DNA of 61,622 bases, filler included, from Gonapodya sp. JEL0774 (Eukaryota), in NCBI GenBank assembly GCA_027604505.1. It is 18 parts of 18 records of this genome, joined end to end, with 100 filler letters (N's around TTAATTAATTAA, not from the genome) between each part and the next. Parts side by side here need not be neighbours in the genome. Positions count along the whole stretch, not along the records: positions 10,328 to 13,665 come from JADIIX010001339.1; positions 13,766 to 17,099 come from JADIIX010001340.1; positions 17,200 to 20,531 come from JADIIX010001341.1; positions 20,632 to 23,962 come from JADIIX010001342.1; 14 more parts are not named here. The stretch is one strand, 5' to 3'. The translations under genes were made by a program, and so were the position numbers. The notes below the pieces were generated by a model. The model did no database searches and was not told where the DNA came from. It saw only the letters and a program-made list of their open reading frames with translations. This document shows positions 11,539 to 24,062 of the stretch, one piece after another (within the stretch, counting starts at the first letter, position 1; the number at the start of each line of letters is the position of its first letter).

Positions 11539-13665
11539 ATGAAGCGACCTTCCGCCGTGGAAAGAAGATCGAACACGGAGCACCTCGCAAAGAAGCAACG
11601 AAGGCGCAGGGATCCAAATCCAAAACTTGCGTTCGAAGTTGTGGATGATGCAAGTCGAGATGGCTTGAAGAAACCGGGCAAGTCCATTGCTCCCACAAGC
11701 ATCGATGAGTGGGGATGGTCCGAAGTTGTACCATCAGAGATGCTCGAGGATATGGGTGGTTTTTTATCGCTAGAGGAGATTGATGGGGTCGAAGTTGTGG
11801 AGGCCGATGGGGGAGCTTTCTCTTTCCGTCCAGCCGCCCCTGGAACGCCAACCCATTCGAGTCTCAAACACAAGAAGGAAAATGCAAAGAGCTCTTCTAA
11901 ACGCAAAAGAGCGTCTCCTTATGAGCCTCTACCGGAGGATATGACCGCCCGGTTCATACCGGTGGATGACTTCGTTGAAGATATTGGAGTTGCGGCAGTC
12001 CCGAAAGAGGAAGAGGAGGTGGATTCAGACGGAATAGGATCTATTGAAGATAAAGAGGACATGCCAAATCGATCGGATGGGTTGTTCGTACCGAAAGTGT
12101 ACGGAGATGTGAATGTAGAGCCGGATGCTGCAGGTGAGCTCGAATAGAGTGACAAGCGCTGCGTTATAGTTCCCTACACTAGTTGCTGTATCACCTCTTT
12201 AAATAGGAGCCGACATGTCCGCCTGGTCCTCGTTCTCCCTCCCCTCCCCTATCCTTGCCTCTCTTCAGTCACTCGGTTTCACTTCTCCCACCCCAATCCA
12301 ATCTGCCGTCTTACCCCACGCGCTCTCCGGTCGTGATATTATCGGCGCCGCGGAAACAGGGTCGGGAAAAACGCTCGCGTTCTCTTTACCTATTCTAACA
12401 CGGATATTCCAACATCGGGTCAAAGCCTTGTCCGCCGTCCCGACTGCCAGTAAACCACCCACTCGACCACCCAGCGCTCTTGTTCTCAGTCCCACTCGTG
12501 AGCTGGCCACGCAGATTGCCGACCACATCCGCTCTGCTGGATCGCACTTAGCAGTACGTGTAGCCTCCATCATCGGCGGTATGAGCGTACAAAAGCAGCG
12601 ACGTATGCTCTCCAAGGGCCCTGATATCGTTGTTGCAACCGTGGGGAGATTGTGGGAGGTGATGGAAGACGACCCAGAGCTCACTGCGACTTTGAAGAGC
12701 GTTGGGTTTTTGGTATTGGACGAAGGGGATCGAATGGTGCAGGCGGGGCATTTCAAAGAGCTTGATTTGATTTTACGGGGATTAAATTCCAAGACGGACA
12801 TGAGTGGCAACCCTGATAGGAGGGAGAGCAAGAGGCAGACCTTTGTATTCTCTGCTACGATGAATGGCGAACTGGCCCCAAAAAAGAAGCAGGGCAAGGG
12901 CAACTGGGGTGAGCATGTTGGAACAGCAACTTGGCGGGCCGTATTTCTCGTCGATCTAATGCATTTCTCGACTCCAGCTGCAGTTGTTGAAAGGATAGGT
13001 TTTCAAGACCCCATGGGACCCGTCCGAGTTGATCTCACCCACAAGAATTACGTTAGTTCCAGTCTTTCCGAAGGCCGAATCGAATGTGAGGCTAGTCAAA
13101 AAGTTAGTGTTCCCCTGTCTGAATCCCTTTGCTGAGTCTGTAACGAGCCTCACATTTGACCGACCACATTGAACCTCTGCAGGATGCATTCCTCCTCTAC
13201 CTCCTCCTCCGTCATCCTTCTCGCACTCTCGTCTTCTTCCCTTCGCTTCCTTCGCTCAAGCGTGTCTCTTCTCTCCTCCGCCACATCCTCACTTCCCTTC
13301 CCACCCCACGTCCCCTCATCACGTTGCACGGTCACATGCAGCAGCGGGAACGACTGAAGCACGTGGAGAAGTTCGCTAATGAGAAGGGTGCCGTCATGGT
13401 CGCGACGGATGTAGCGGCCAGGGGTTTGGATGTGACCGGAGTGGAAATGGTTGTGCAATACGGTGTGCCGAAGGAGGCGGAGGTGAACATCCTTACGAAT
13501 TTCTGGACGTTTGCCAGGATTTCACAGGTGTAATTCTTGCTACAGACGTACGTCCATCGGTCAGGACGGACTGCGCGAGCGGGTGAACAAGGTGTTTCGA
13601 TCCTTTTCATATGTCCAGAGGAGCACAAACACTATCGAATGCTTTCAGAGGCGCTCAAGAAATGT
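11539..13665 (+). CDS. MAK5: DEAD-box RNA helicase DDX24/Mak5, multi-exon, 3'-partial
   Basis: N-terminal [13 protein letters not shown] motif [78 protein letters not shown]. Confidence 0.9.
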
Positions 13666-14180
13666 NNNNNNNNNNNNNNNNNNNNNNNNNNNNNNNNNNN
13701 NNNNNNNNNTTAATTAATTAANNNNNNNNNNNNNNNNNNNNNNNNNNNNNNNNNNNNNNNNNNNNAACGCTAGAACAAAACTGTAAAGGACAAACTTGTA
13801 GAGAATTTTACGACGAGTAATTTTGCTCCATTTATTATCCCCGAATTCCAACTCCCTGTGGCGCTAGAGCCATCCAAAATGTCAAAACACCAATATCTCA
13901 ACAAATAATGGTGGCAGAGAGAGAGACTCAAATGTCAGGTGCAAGCAGCTGGAGAGAACATGACGGAGAAACGTGGAAGAGGAACGTCCAGGATCATGGC
14001 AAGGGAGTCCAGAGATTTGGGAGACAATGCAAGGAATGCGTTTAGACTTTGAGTTCGGAGTTTTAGTTGTGATTTGCTCCGACTTTACAATGTAAACCAT
14101 TGCTTTTATATATCTCCTTGCGGTGCCAATGCAGGGGCCAAGGTGTTTTATGACCACCGGAATGATATGCAGGACATGGT

Positions 14181-17099
14181 ATAGTGTAGATATATTTTCG
14201 TATGACAGGCTCACATAGTGGTCTGATAGGACCAGACACACAGAATACATATACACTCAGGACCCTGATTCTCATCCCGCACCCCATCATTTCACATTTT
14301 GTGCCTCGCTACTTGGTCGATCCGCCTCTGTTTGCCTCTGGTTGTGCCGATGTTTGCTGTCAGTCCCATTCCTACCATCCGATAACCCAATCGAAAACCA
14401 TCGCGAAACACCCGCATTGCCCCATTTTCCTGTCGATTTCCACTGAAATCAAATTTTCAATCATCTCTATGTATCCATTGTTACCACTTTGGCCTCTCAG
14501 GACAATTTCGTTCCGAGTCCCAGTTTCTTCTCTCCTCACAACCCACCCCTCACAATTTCTATTCACGCCCTGACCAGCGTCAAATCTACGCAAATACCAC
14601 TCTCTCATACTTATTTGTCAGTTTTTCCTCCTCTGCACCCATTTTCTGGAGTTGTCATTTCTGCAACCAGACACCCATCCGAACCGCCACAACAGTTTGT
14701 GCAGACATGTTTTCAACCTCACGACCACGGATAAGTCAGGTTTACTGCTTGCAGTAAACAAATCCAGTCAAGTATTACAATCTGGTTAACAAGCCAGCTC
14801 TTGGAATCTTGACAGTCATAGTGTCACAAATTTTTTCCCACCCCCATTGTGAGACCCACCTCCCCTGGGGGTGGTAATTTTTTCTGGAGGGGTGGGAAAA
14901 ACACCCTTCCATTCCTGGAAACACTGAAGCACATCAGAAGGCAAGTGGGAATTTTTCCCGGAGAGGTGGGGAAAATGTGTGAGGCCCTAAACAGAGGGTG
15001 GAAAATTTATGTGAGGGTTTAGGGTAGTGGGAGGGTAAGGCCAAGCTTCTGGTAAAGAGGTTGTGTATTAACCTGTCTCCAAAGATGATAGGAAGGATAG
15101 ATAACTCTCCACACTTGGACATACAACAATATTTAAATATCCACTTGGTGCCTCACCTGTCAACCTCTTTCCCTCTTCCTTACAGGACTTACATCTGGGG
15201 AGATATTCCTTGTAGTTCCAGACTGCAATTTCTACATATTTCTGGAACTGCATGAGACAAGAGAAATACATCAGTGAACAAGACATAAGAACATTCAACT
15301 GCCCTACCTCAGGTGAAACCTTCAAATACTCTGCAGTAGGCTTAGAAAATCCACATGCTGTCTTTTTTGGAAACTTTTAAGTGGTTTTCACAGCTTCAAA
15401 GACAATTGGCACACTGGAAACCTCTAATTTGACTTTTGAAGCAGTCTATCTGTATGAAAATTTGAAATCAGCTCCTTTCGAGACTAACAAGAATATTTGA
15501 GGTGCTGCGGATCTGAAAAGTCTCTCCCCCATTCCACTAAACACTAAACGGAGCAGGAGTAAGCTTTGCAAGATTTGCACTCTGTTAGAGTTGTGTTTAC
15601 AGCTTGAGTGGTCTTTTGGATCAACAACAGAACCAGAGCTCTAGTTAATTCAAATACAGTGTCAATTGGAGAGTATCAGTAACGCAAGATATTCAATTCA
15701 CCCAGGGGAAACATACAATCTTTGTTCAGGATTTGATAACTTTCTCTGTTTGTATATAAATCCACATCTTTCAACAAACCTATCAAAGCACAAAGCTGAA
15801 AGGTATTCTTCAGCAATAGTTCTACTTTAAGATCTTTGTTGTCTAGAAGACCTTCAAAGTACTCCATAGTGACCTCAGGAGAGTCAAATAGCTGGGAGTA
15901 CTCCCTAACAACAGACTTTCCTTTTACATCTTCTTGGTTATCCTCCAAAAACCCATCAATTGAAAGTTGTTAAGTGGAATCACACAAAGATCTGAATCCA
16001 TACATGTTTACCACCTTACTAAAGGTTACTGATTTTAACGTCTTCTTGACACCAGCTTTGGATTTGGATGATGAACCATTGTGAGCTTGGTCATAGTCTT
16101 CCTCATCACTCTCAACCCCTTCAGGACCTCATCAATCCTTTGTTTTGATTGAGATAGAGGTGAAGCAGAAGGCTGCTGGGAAACAACCTTAACTTTAAAC
16201 TCTTGTAACGCTTTTGGAATATTTTTTACAGCGGATTTGACATCATCATACTCCCTGACAAGGATTACATTAGACACTGCTATTTGAACATCAAAACAAA
16301 GACCTAACACTGTGGATTGGCTTCTTCATATCTGCCTTGTTCTCTGCAGACACATAATATGTGCATTTTGAGAGAGTGTATTGCATCAAAACAAAACGTC
16401 CTCTCAGTGTGAGAGCGCACATTTGACTTCTGAAAAAAACGCTCGAAATGCGCACTCTGGAAGGACGTAGGCTGCCCTGCGAGCTGCTGAACCACTCCAC
16501 GGATCTGGCCTTTGAGGTCAACAGATTGCCTCAGCCATTGAGAAACTGCTTACATCTATGAGATCGCGGTTCGACAACCGCAAAGCCATTCTCACTGCTG
16601 CTGGCGACGACAGGCAAAATCTCTCCATGTGCGGGTCCAAAATTGAAGGATTCTCAGCCCAGTCTGAGGAAGGAGCCACTGCTGTCATTAACAGGTTTCA
16701 GAGCCTCATCCATAAGCTATGCTCTGTTGATACTCACATAAATAGAGAGCTCCAGTTCCGCAATAATCACAGCACCATAGTGCACAAACTTAGGCAACAC
16801 TATGTCCATGGGTTTCAGCTTTCAATCCTGGAGCTGTTCAATGAGCTTGGTAAGCTCGACCCCAAAGAAGCGCCATTGAATGCCTTGTATCAGGCCACCA
16901 TTGACTACCAGACTCCCAAAGTAGCCTGGGGTAACTGGCAGTTTGCAAGCTCTTCACCTGGCTCATCACTGAATATTGCGCAGTGCGGAATGACGGGTTG
17001 TGGGACGAGAATCAGGGTCTCAAGTGTATATGTATTCTGTGTGTCCAGTCCCGTCGGACTGCTATGTGAGCGCGTCATACAAAAATATATCTACACTAC
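14181..17099. mobile_element. Degenerate element bounded by ~116-bp inverted repeats (14181-14296 and 16984-17099), with a CpG-poor interior and disrupted ORF remnants
   Basis: 14181-14296 aligns without gaps to the reverse complement of 16984-17099, and most mismatches are at CpG positions. Interior ORF fragments contain in-frame stops. No transposase motif was recognised. Confidence 0.55.
15100..16521 (-). pseudogene. Disrupted coding remnant inside the inverted-repeat element
   Basis: Protein-like fragments (15676-15948, 16035-16310, 16304-16495) separated by stops and frame changes in AT-rich, CpG-poor sequence. Confidence 0.4.
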
Positions 17100-17402
17100 N
17101 NNNNNNNNNNNNNNNNNNNNNNNNNNNNNNNNNNNNNNNNNNNTTAATTAATTAANNNNNNNNNNNNNNNNNNNNNNNNNNNNNNNNNNNNNNNNNNNNG
17201 CAATGGTTTCGGTTGTTCGCTGATGGCGAATATGTACGATTACAGAGAACGCACCCGTTTCTGGAGTTATTCTGACCCTCACTGAAAAAGTCGATGACGA
17301 TATTCTTGAAGCCGCCGGTGAGCTTTCATGCCCCGATCTTTACAACGGATCGATCGACTGTCGAAACTCAATGCAAGTTATGTCTTCCCTCCAAAAAAAC
17401 AG

Positions 17403-18461
17403 GTCCCGATCTCAAAGTCGTTTCGACTCTTTCGGTCGGCTACGAGCACGTCCCAACTGCTACTCTCGCAAAGCGCGGTATCCGTCTGGGTTACACACCC
17501 GACGTCTTGACTGACGCCGTGGCCGAGATCGCAGTAGGATTGGTACTGGCGGCATGCAGGAAGTTCCGAGACGCGGAGGAACAGCTGCGCGCTGGCAAGT
17601 GGGGCGCCTGGCATCGTGAGTTAAGATCAATAACCTTGAATTTTGGACACGACATGACACTTCTCGGTCATCTGATGTTCAGCCACATGGATGACTGGAA
17701 TGGGTTTGACGGGCAAGACCGTTGGAATCATGGGGCTCGGTGGATGTGGCATCGAAGTAGCCAAGAGACTCGTGCCCTTCAAAATAGGGCGAATTCTCGT
17801 AAGATCGCTTATCATCTTTGCGGCACTTTCATGATTAATATTGACTGACGTTGTCAACAGTACCAGGGCACTCGACCTCACCCCCAAAAAGAAGCGCTTC
17901 TCACACCTCCCGGCGCCACATTCTATCCTTCTCTGGATGACATGCTCCCCCATTGCGACATCCTCGTCATCACCTGCGCCCTCACTCCGGAAACCAAAGG
18001 CGCCATCACCTACGGTCGATTGAAACTTCTCCCCAAGGGGGCCGTCGTGGTGAACGTCGCTCGAGGTGGTATCGTGGTGCAAGAGGATCTGGTGAAGGCA
18101 GTGGAGGAAGGGCATTTGGGTGGCGTGGGACTGGATGTCATGACACCAGAGCCACTGCCACTTGATGACGGATTACTGAAACTCGAGGGCGTGACCTTGT
18201 TCCCGCACCTCGGTATGTATGGTCCAGAGAAGTTTCTGGTGACTTACACTTACTCATGACCCTTTCCTTGGATCATATCCGACAGGTTCTGCTACTCGGG
18301 AGGCGCGGGAAGAAAGTAAGTACTCGGGTCATGTTCTTGATAAGAGATACCTCACCCCGGTGTTTGAATATTTCACAACACAAGTGTCGAGCCTTGCCAT
18401 TGAGAATGCGATCGCTGGGGTGTTAGGTAAGCCCATGCCTGCGGAGGTTATCCTTCGGTAA
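17403..18461 (+). CDS. Glyoxylate/hydroxypyruvate reductase (D-2-hydroxyacid dehydrogenase), multi-exon, 5'-partial
   Basis: GPDLKVVSTLSVGYEH, LGYTPDVLTDAVAE, GKTVGIMGLGGCG, CALTPETKG, VNVARGGIV, GLDVMTPEPLP, PHLGSAT. Confidence 0.9.
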
Positions 18462-18751
18462 TATCGATGTGATGGACTTGCGCCACTGCCGAGAGCGGTC
18501 CATCATTGCCGTTCGATTCAGCGCATTAGATTATAACAAAACATCAGAACTGAATATCTCGAGCCAACTGTACACACATTACGATTATTAGAAGTTCAAG
18601 ATTACAAGATTGGATGCCCATTAGATTATTGTAACGTTGCTTTTCCCCCGCGAGATTACGTGCAAAACGAATGTACCCCAAACCCAAACCAAAAAGGAAT
18701 TTTTATGATCGTTATGTGACTGCAGTAGAGATTGCCAATACTTCCGTATCA

Positions 18752-20531
18752 TTACCGATTTGCCATCTCTCCCAGCCCGCCTGCGGGCAACCCTTCAGCC
18801 CAATCCAGGCTGAGATCCTCCTTGTCCAAACTCGACAGGAGGTAGTGCTCCCCATTTTGGAATATTACGGGAGAGGCAGCGACCGAAACGGACTCCAGTT
18901 CCGGCGCCGCGGTGCTCTCGCGCAGAGATCCGGAAATGCTGAAGATGTCCGAGTACTTTGCGGAATTAGTGAGAAACGGGCCCGAGTTGGCAGAGAGCAC
19001 GGGATAAGGCGATGCTGAATTAAACGGGGTGCCGTTGAAAGCGGTGTAAGGTCGCGAAGACGGTGTAGGCCGGTCGAGAAGTGGTGCCACAAGGGAGTGC
19101 CCGGTGGCTGTTTGTGGCTCGTACGGATACAAATTGATGACACTAGCTCCAGATGGTTGCCGTGTCATCGGGAGTGAGCTTTGAGCTGCTGCTTCTGTAT
19201 TTGTCACACGAGGAGCTGACTCCAAGTCGGACGAAGCGGTAGCCGAAGTGGGCAGTGTGGTGGTAGAGACATTGAGATTGAACCCCGCGAGAGGATTTGG
19301 AGCGAGACCGGCTCCGAAGCTGGCAGGAACAGAAGGTGTTAAGGGGACCGAGACAAGGTAACTTGCGCCAGGATAGCCCTGAAAATGATTGTGTGGGGCG
19401 CCGACGCGCATCCCTGGTGTGCTTCCTCCGGTTGTGTAAGGCTGTTGTATTGTCTGCACACTGGAAAGCGGCCATTGCACCACACTACCTCCCAGGTGAA
19501 CTTGCGATCCAAGACCACTCAAAATCGGCGCTTGCACGCCAGGAAACTGTTGCACCGAAGTAGCAGCGAGATTGACCAGTTGCTGGTGTGACAAGAAAGG
19601 ACCGCCAACGATGTGGTTGAGCTGCATGTCTGCAGGTGACGGTCGCTGTGGAGTCAATGAAACTGGATTGGATCGTGGAAGTGAGTTTTGAAAGACACTA
19701 GATGGCGTCCTTTCGAGTTTGATAGGAGGCGTTTCCAAGCTGATGACGGCTTCGATTTGCCCCTTGAGTTCCTGCGCTGCTGAACTGGCTGTCGGCCAGA
19801 TTCGCCCACACTCACGGAGGGCTGTCACGATTACCAACAGATTCTGATGCACTCCGGCGATTCTGGCGGGGTCCCCTCGAAATGTGTACATTGCAGCGAT
19901 GCACACCATGCCAGATTGAAAGAGCCAGAAGGGCATGGATTCAGGAAAGTCATGCAACGACCCGTCTACTACCAGAAGAGCTCCCAGAATCATGGCGGTG
20001 CGGTTGGCATTGTCGAGTGCTCTCGCAAAGTCGGGGTACCGGCACCACTCCCTTTCACTGTTCAGCGCACGCAGATCAGTCGGCGGGCGATGGATCAGTG
20101 TCGACACTCCGGCGTGGAGGATGCTGAGCCACGCGGCGGCCAGAGTCGGTGATCCCGTGCGCAGTTGCCACTGACCCACCACGGAGGTGGTTGAGGTCCA
20201 TTCAACGCCCTGGATAGGGCACACGGTGAAGATACAGTCTAATCGTGCTGTAAGTTGACCCTGTGGTTATAATAGAGTCATGATTGTGTGTTCGTCAGCA
20301 TTGAGGCGTTCCCATTTATCAACTTACAAGCTTCGAAGAGCATGCTGCAATTTCACTACCAGGGGAAACTCCACCGTTTTGCTGAAACGGATTGAACCCT
20401 GCCCGTTTGAGCCGCCGGTGAACGTCGATTGTTTCCCCGAGCACGCTCGACATGAGAACCGTCCATCCCTGAACGTCAATCCTCTCCGGAAGTGACGATA
20501 AAAACGCGTTGGGATGAGAGTAAGGGTCAAT
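18752..20531 (-). CDS. Fungal-specific transcription factor (middle homology region-like) C-terminal part, 5'-partial
   Basis: Long ORF with WLSILHAGVSTLIHRP...PFWLFQSGMV...LRECGRIWPTA, typical of the Zn2Cys6 TF middle region, followed by a low-complexity tail. The Zn cluster itself is not in the contig. Confidence 0.6.
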
Positions 20532-23500
20532 NNNNNNNNNNNNNNNNNNNNNNNNNNNNNNNNNNNNNNNNNNNNTTAATTAATTAANNNNNNNNNNNNN
20601 NNNNNNNNNNNNNNNNNNNNNNNNNNNNNNNGTAGCGCCAGGGCATTGACCGACTATATGAAGCAGAGTCCTGCTAGCCTCATCAAGTGGATACGTTTCA
20701 GCTGCTGGTCAGTGTCACCCCAATGAGATTGTCAAGCTGAACTGTGGAAGCCAACAAAAATGACTCTATGTGTCGGTGGAGGAAATTTTCGGAGGGATTC
20801 GCGGGGAAGTAAAGGAAGAATGGCAGTGTGGGTGGGGTTTCGAGAGAAGCAGGACACGACGTTCCAGAGGCAAGTACAAAAAGCAGATGAGACACACGAC
20901 AATTGAATGATCAGGAGAGAAAGTCCGATGTCCAGATATCAATTAACGTACCGGAATCCGATGGATGGATGGATTCATTGTCAGTCGTGTACTCAGGCAC
21001 TGCGAATCCGGTACACCGATTATTGGGCATTCAGCCAGTGCACCTATCGAACGGGTCTCATAATGCAATCAAATCACAACCACCACATTTGGGATTTGGA
21101 ATGGAATGAGGTATCCTTCTTTTTTGTTCATTCTACTCGGTTCCCTCCTCTCTCTCTCTCCCTTGGGTCTGACCCCCCGTCCGGTTCGTTTGGACTCTGG
21201 AATCTTCGAAACAACACTTTTTGGGCCGGTAAAGAACAATGGCCAGGGAAACGGACCACATCGCGGCACGACAAGAATAACGACCGAAGAATTGCTGGTG
21301 GATTGGACTGCAATAGGGTGAGCTTTTACCTCATATCATCTTCAGTTGGTGGTCCTATAGTTCCGTCCGTTTCATAGAAACCTGTCGTCCCTCCCATCGT
21401 CACCACGAATGAAAAAGCGATTTCCAAGTCTGGAAAATTGAGAATGTCGCTCGATGGTGGGATGGGTGGGCCGTAGAGAGTGCGGCGGTGACGATCCGCA
21501 AGTGGGACGGGGCGAGTATGGGGAGGATGAACATGCGGACGCGGAATTATGAGCTCATCGTTGTTTGATTAGAGAACGGTAAGTATGTTTTGTCGTTGTC
21601 ACTCTTTGTTTACTCGACTCGTATGACCTTCGTCGACAACTTTGACCTTCTTCCACCCCGCACGAAGCCATCGACGACAACGACGGACGGGGCCATGCCG
21701 ACCTCTTCACTCTTGGCATCGGTGTGAAGTCGCCCGAGTGCATGACGTGGATAGAAACGTGGAACTTCTTGGTCTCGGGAAGGTGTGTTGGCAGCGCAAA
21801 CAGACGTCGGTACTCTTCCCTTGTACGCATCCCCACATCATTATCTACGCGCTTTTGCATGATCTTTGACACTGCTCCTCTCATTTTCCCCATACCCCGC
21901 CTCGTTGTTTGTGTGCCCATGTGTTGCGGTATCGACCCGCAACTTCAACCTCCCGACCCAAACAGAGCCACAATGACAATCATTCCATTCGGTGTATCAT
22001 TCAACTTCTATTCGCAGCTTTGTTACGTTTCTTCTTATGCTCTTCCTTCTACTGATTTCACTCCGCTCTCTCACACCACGTACGCTATCAAGTATGCATT
22101 TAAACCACCCACCTTTCACTTAATCTGCTTCACTGTAGTGAACCAGTCAATCATGAATGTGAGTTTCCACTTCGCGTTTGTTGCTTCCACCCACGCAGCA
22201 CGATAGGTCTCCCCGCCCGCAACGTTCCCTTCCTCATCCCCCCGTGCTCGGCCAACTCACCCCTCGACGGAACGTCACTTCACCACATGTGATCTGGTGG
22301 CTATTAGGTCGAGGAGATGGTAAAGGTGGGACTCAACACGTCATGGTGGAAAGCGAAAGGTGAGCGCTGTGTCACCAAGCTGTCACTCGAGCGAATGGTG
22401 CCCTGAGAAGACGGTCGAATTCAAATCATGTCCGCCGAAACATAAATTTGCGTCAGTGGGAACGAAGGATATGAGCATTGGACTGTTTTGTGAGAATGCA
22501 ACGCCGGACAGGAATGACAGGAGGTCAGATGAGTTGGCATCCCACGTAGGGGATATGAACAGAGGAGCAAAGGTGCTGGGAACGATAGGTAAGTCACTCG
22601 CTCTCAAATTTTCCTTATCAGTTCATTTTCTTCGATCAGACCTGTCTGCCACCTCTTCGCCTCACTGCAGATACCTCCTTCCCCACCCCTTTCGAACCGC
22701 GTACTCGCACATCTCCAGCGCTTCCATATCGTCGAGTCATTCTTACACGCAGTTCATTCCCCGGCCGGTGCTGCATTCGTTGTACGAGACCCAGAGGTGA
22801 GAGTTAAGAGCCAACGACTGTCACTCCGGATGTCAGCGTCGTGATACGTCGCAAAATGAATTGTGCGAGCCGAGGCACGTTTTGAACTTTTGAAACACGA
22901 ATTTTTGTTCCTCTCCGCGTTCTCCACCTTTCCCACTCTCAACCGCACCAATGCCTTTTCCACAGTCCTCACGAGACGCGTCCAACTTCATCTCTGTTCC
23001 CCCAAGCATTCCCATCTCGATTTCACATCGTTCATTGTGCGAGTGCCACGGACTCTCTGCTCCCATGAACTGCACCGTCGTGATGCATTGACAATGGTAG
23101 GATTTGAGCGGAGGTGCGTAACTTTGCCTGTCCTGTTCTCCAAGGTTCCCACTCCCGCCACCGCTTCGATCTTCACTCCTGTTCTCGCCGAGACGTGTCG
23201 GTCTTCATCTCTGCTCCCCCACCATTCTTGCTGTTTGACCGACCGCCTCAACCATTTGATGGTTCTGGGGCCAATAAGTCGAGCTTGACGGATCAGACTC
23301 CTGGATATGCGCACACAAATGGGGCCAAACTGGCAGCACAGAAATCTGAATCAAACAGGATTAAAGACAGTGCTGGCACGTGTTTTCATGATGGCGAGTT
23401 GCAGAGCTGATGGAGGGTCCACCTTCCGGATCTTTGATCACCCGAGAAAGTGGAAAGCACTTGACAGGGACGGAGGAGCGGTGAGTGTACGGGGCGATAT

Positions 23501-24062
23501 ATGCACGGTAACAGTAACACCTCCGATTCTGTTTTCGCTCCACTACCACCGTTTCCCACAACTACAATGGCTTAAACACCGCCACTACCAAATACCGCCG
23601 CCACCGCAAGCTTTACCCTCTAGCACCCACTCAAGTTGTTTGTGGACGGACTGAACCGATCAACGGCAGTAGGAAAGACCGGCAGGGATCGCGGATGAAA
23701 CTGTGTTAGTCAGGTATATAAGGTGACATTGCGATGACGAGAAATGGCGGGGACGGTCTGTCGAAACTGTTTTTGTTTGTAGGAGAAATGCGTTCGCACA
23801 AGAAATGAAGTGATTTTGGCATGTCGATAGGCGGTCGATTTTGTAGATATGATGTTATGTAGAACCGACAGTGCAGAATTGCCCGATGGACCTCGTTGTC
23901 ATTGCAGGGTCAGAAGCACTAGAAAGAAAAGCGCTCATAGAACATGAGCCACGACACGTCGTNNNNNNNNNNNNNNNNNNNNNNNNNNNNNNNNNNNNNN
24001 NNNNNNTTAATTAATTAANNNNNNNNNNNNNNNNNNNNNNNNNNNNNNNNNNNNNNNNNNNN

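Noticed and set aside
20632..23962. Many short ORFs in this contig
   Set aside because: No recognisable motif or consistent exon chain; probably mostly intergenic or UTR, though a small spliced gene cannot be excluded.
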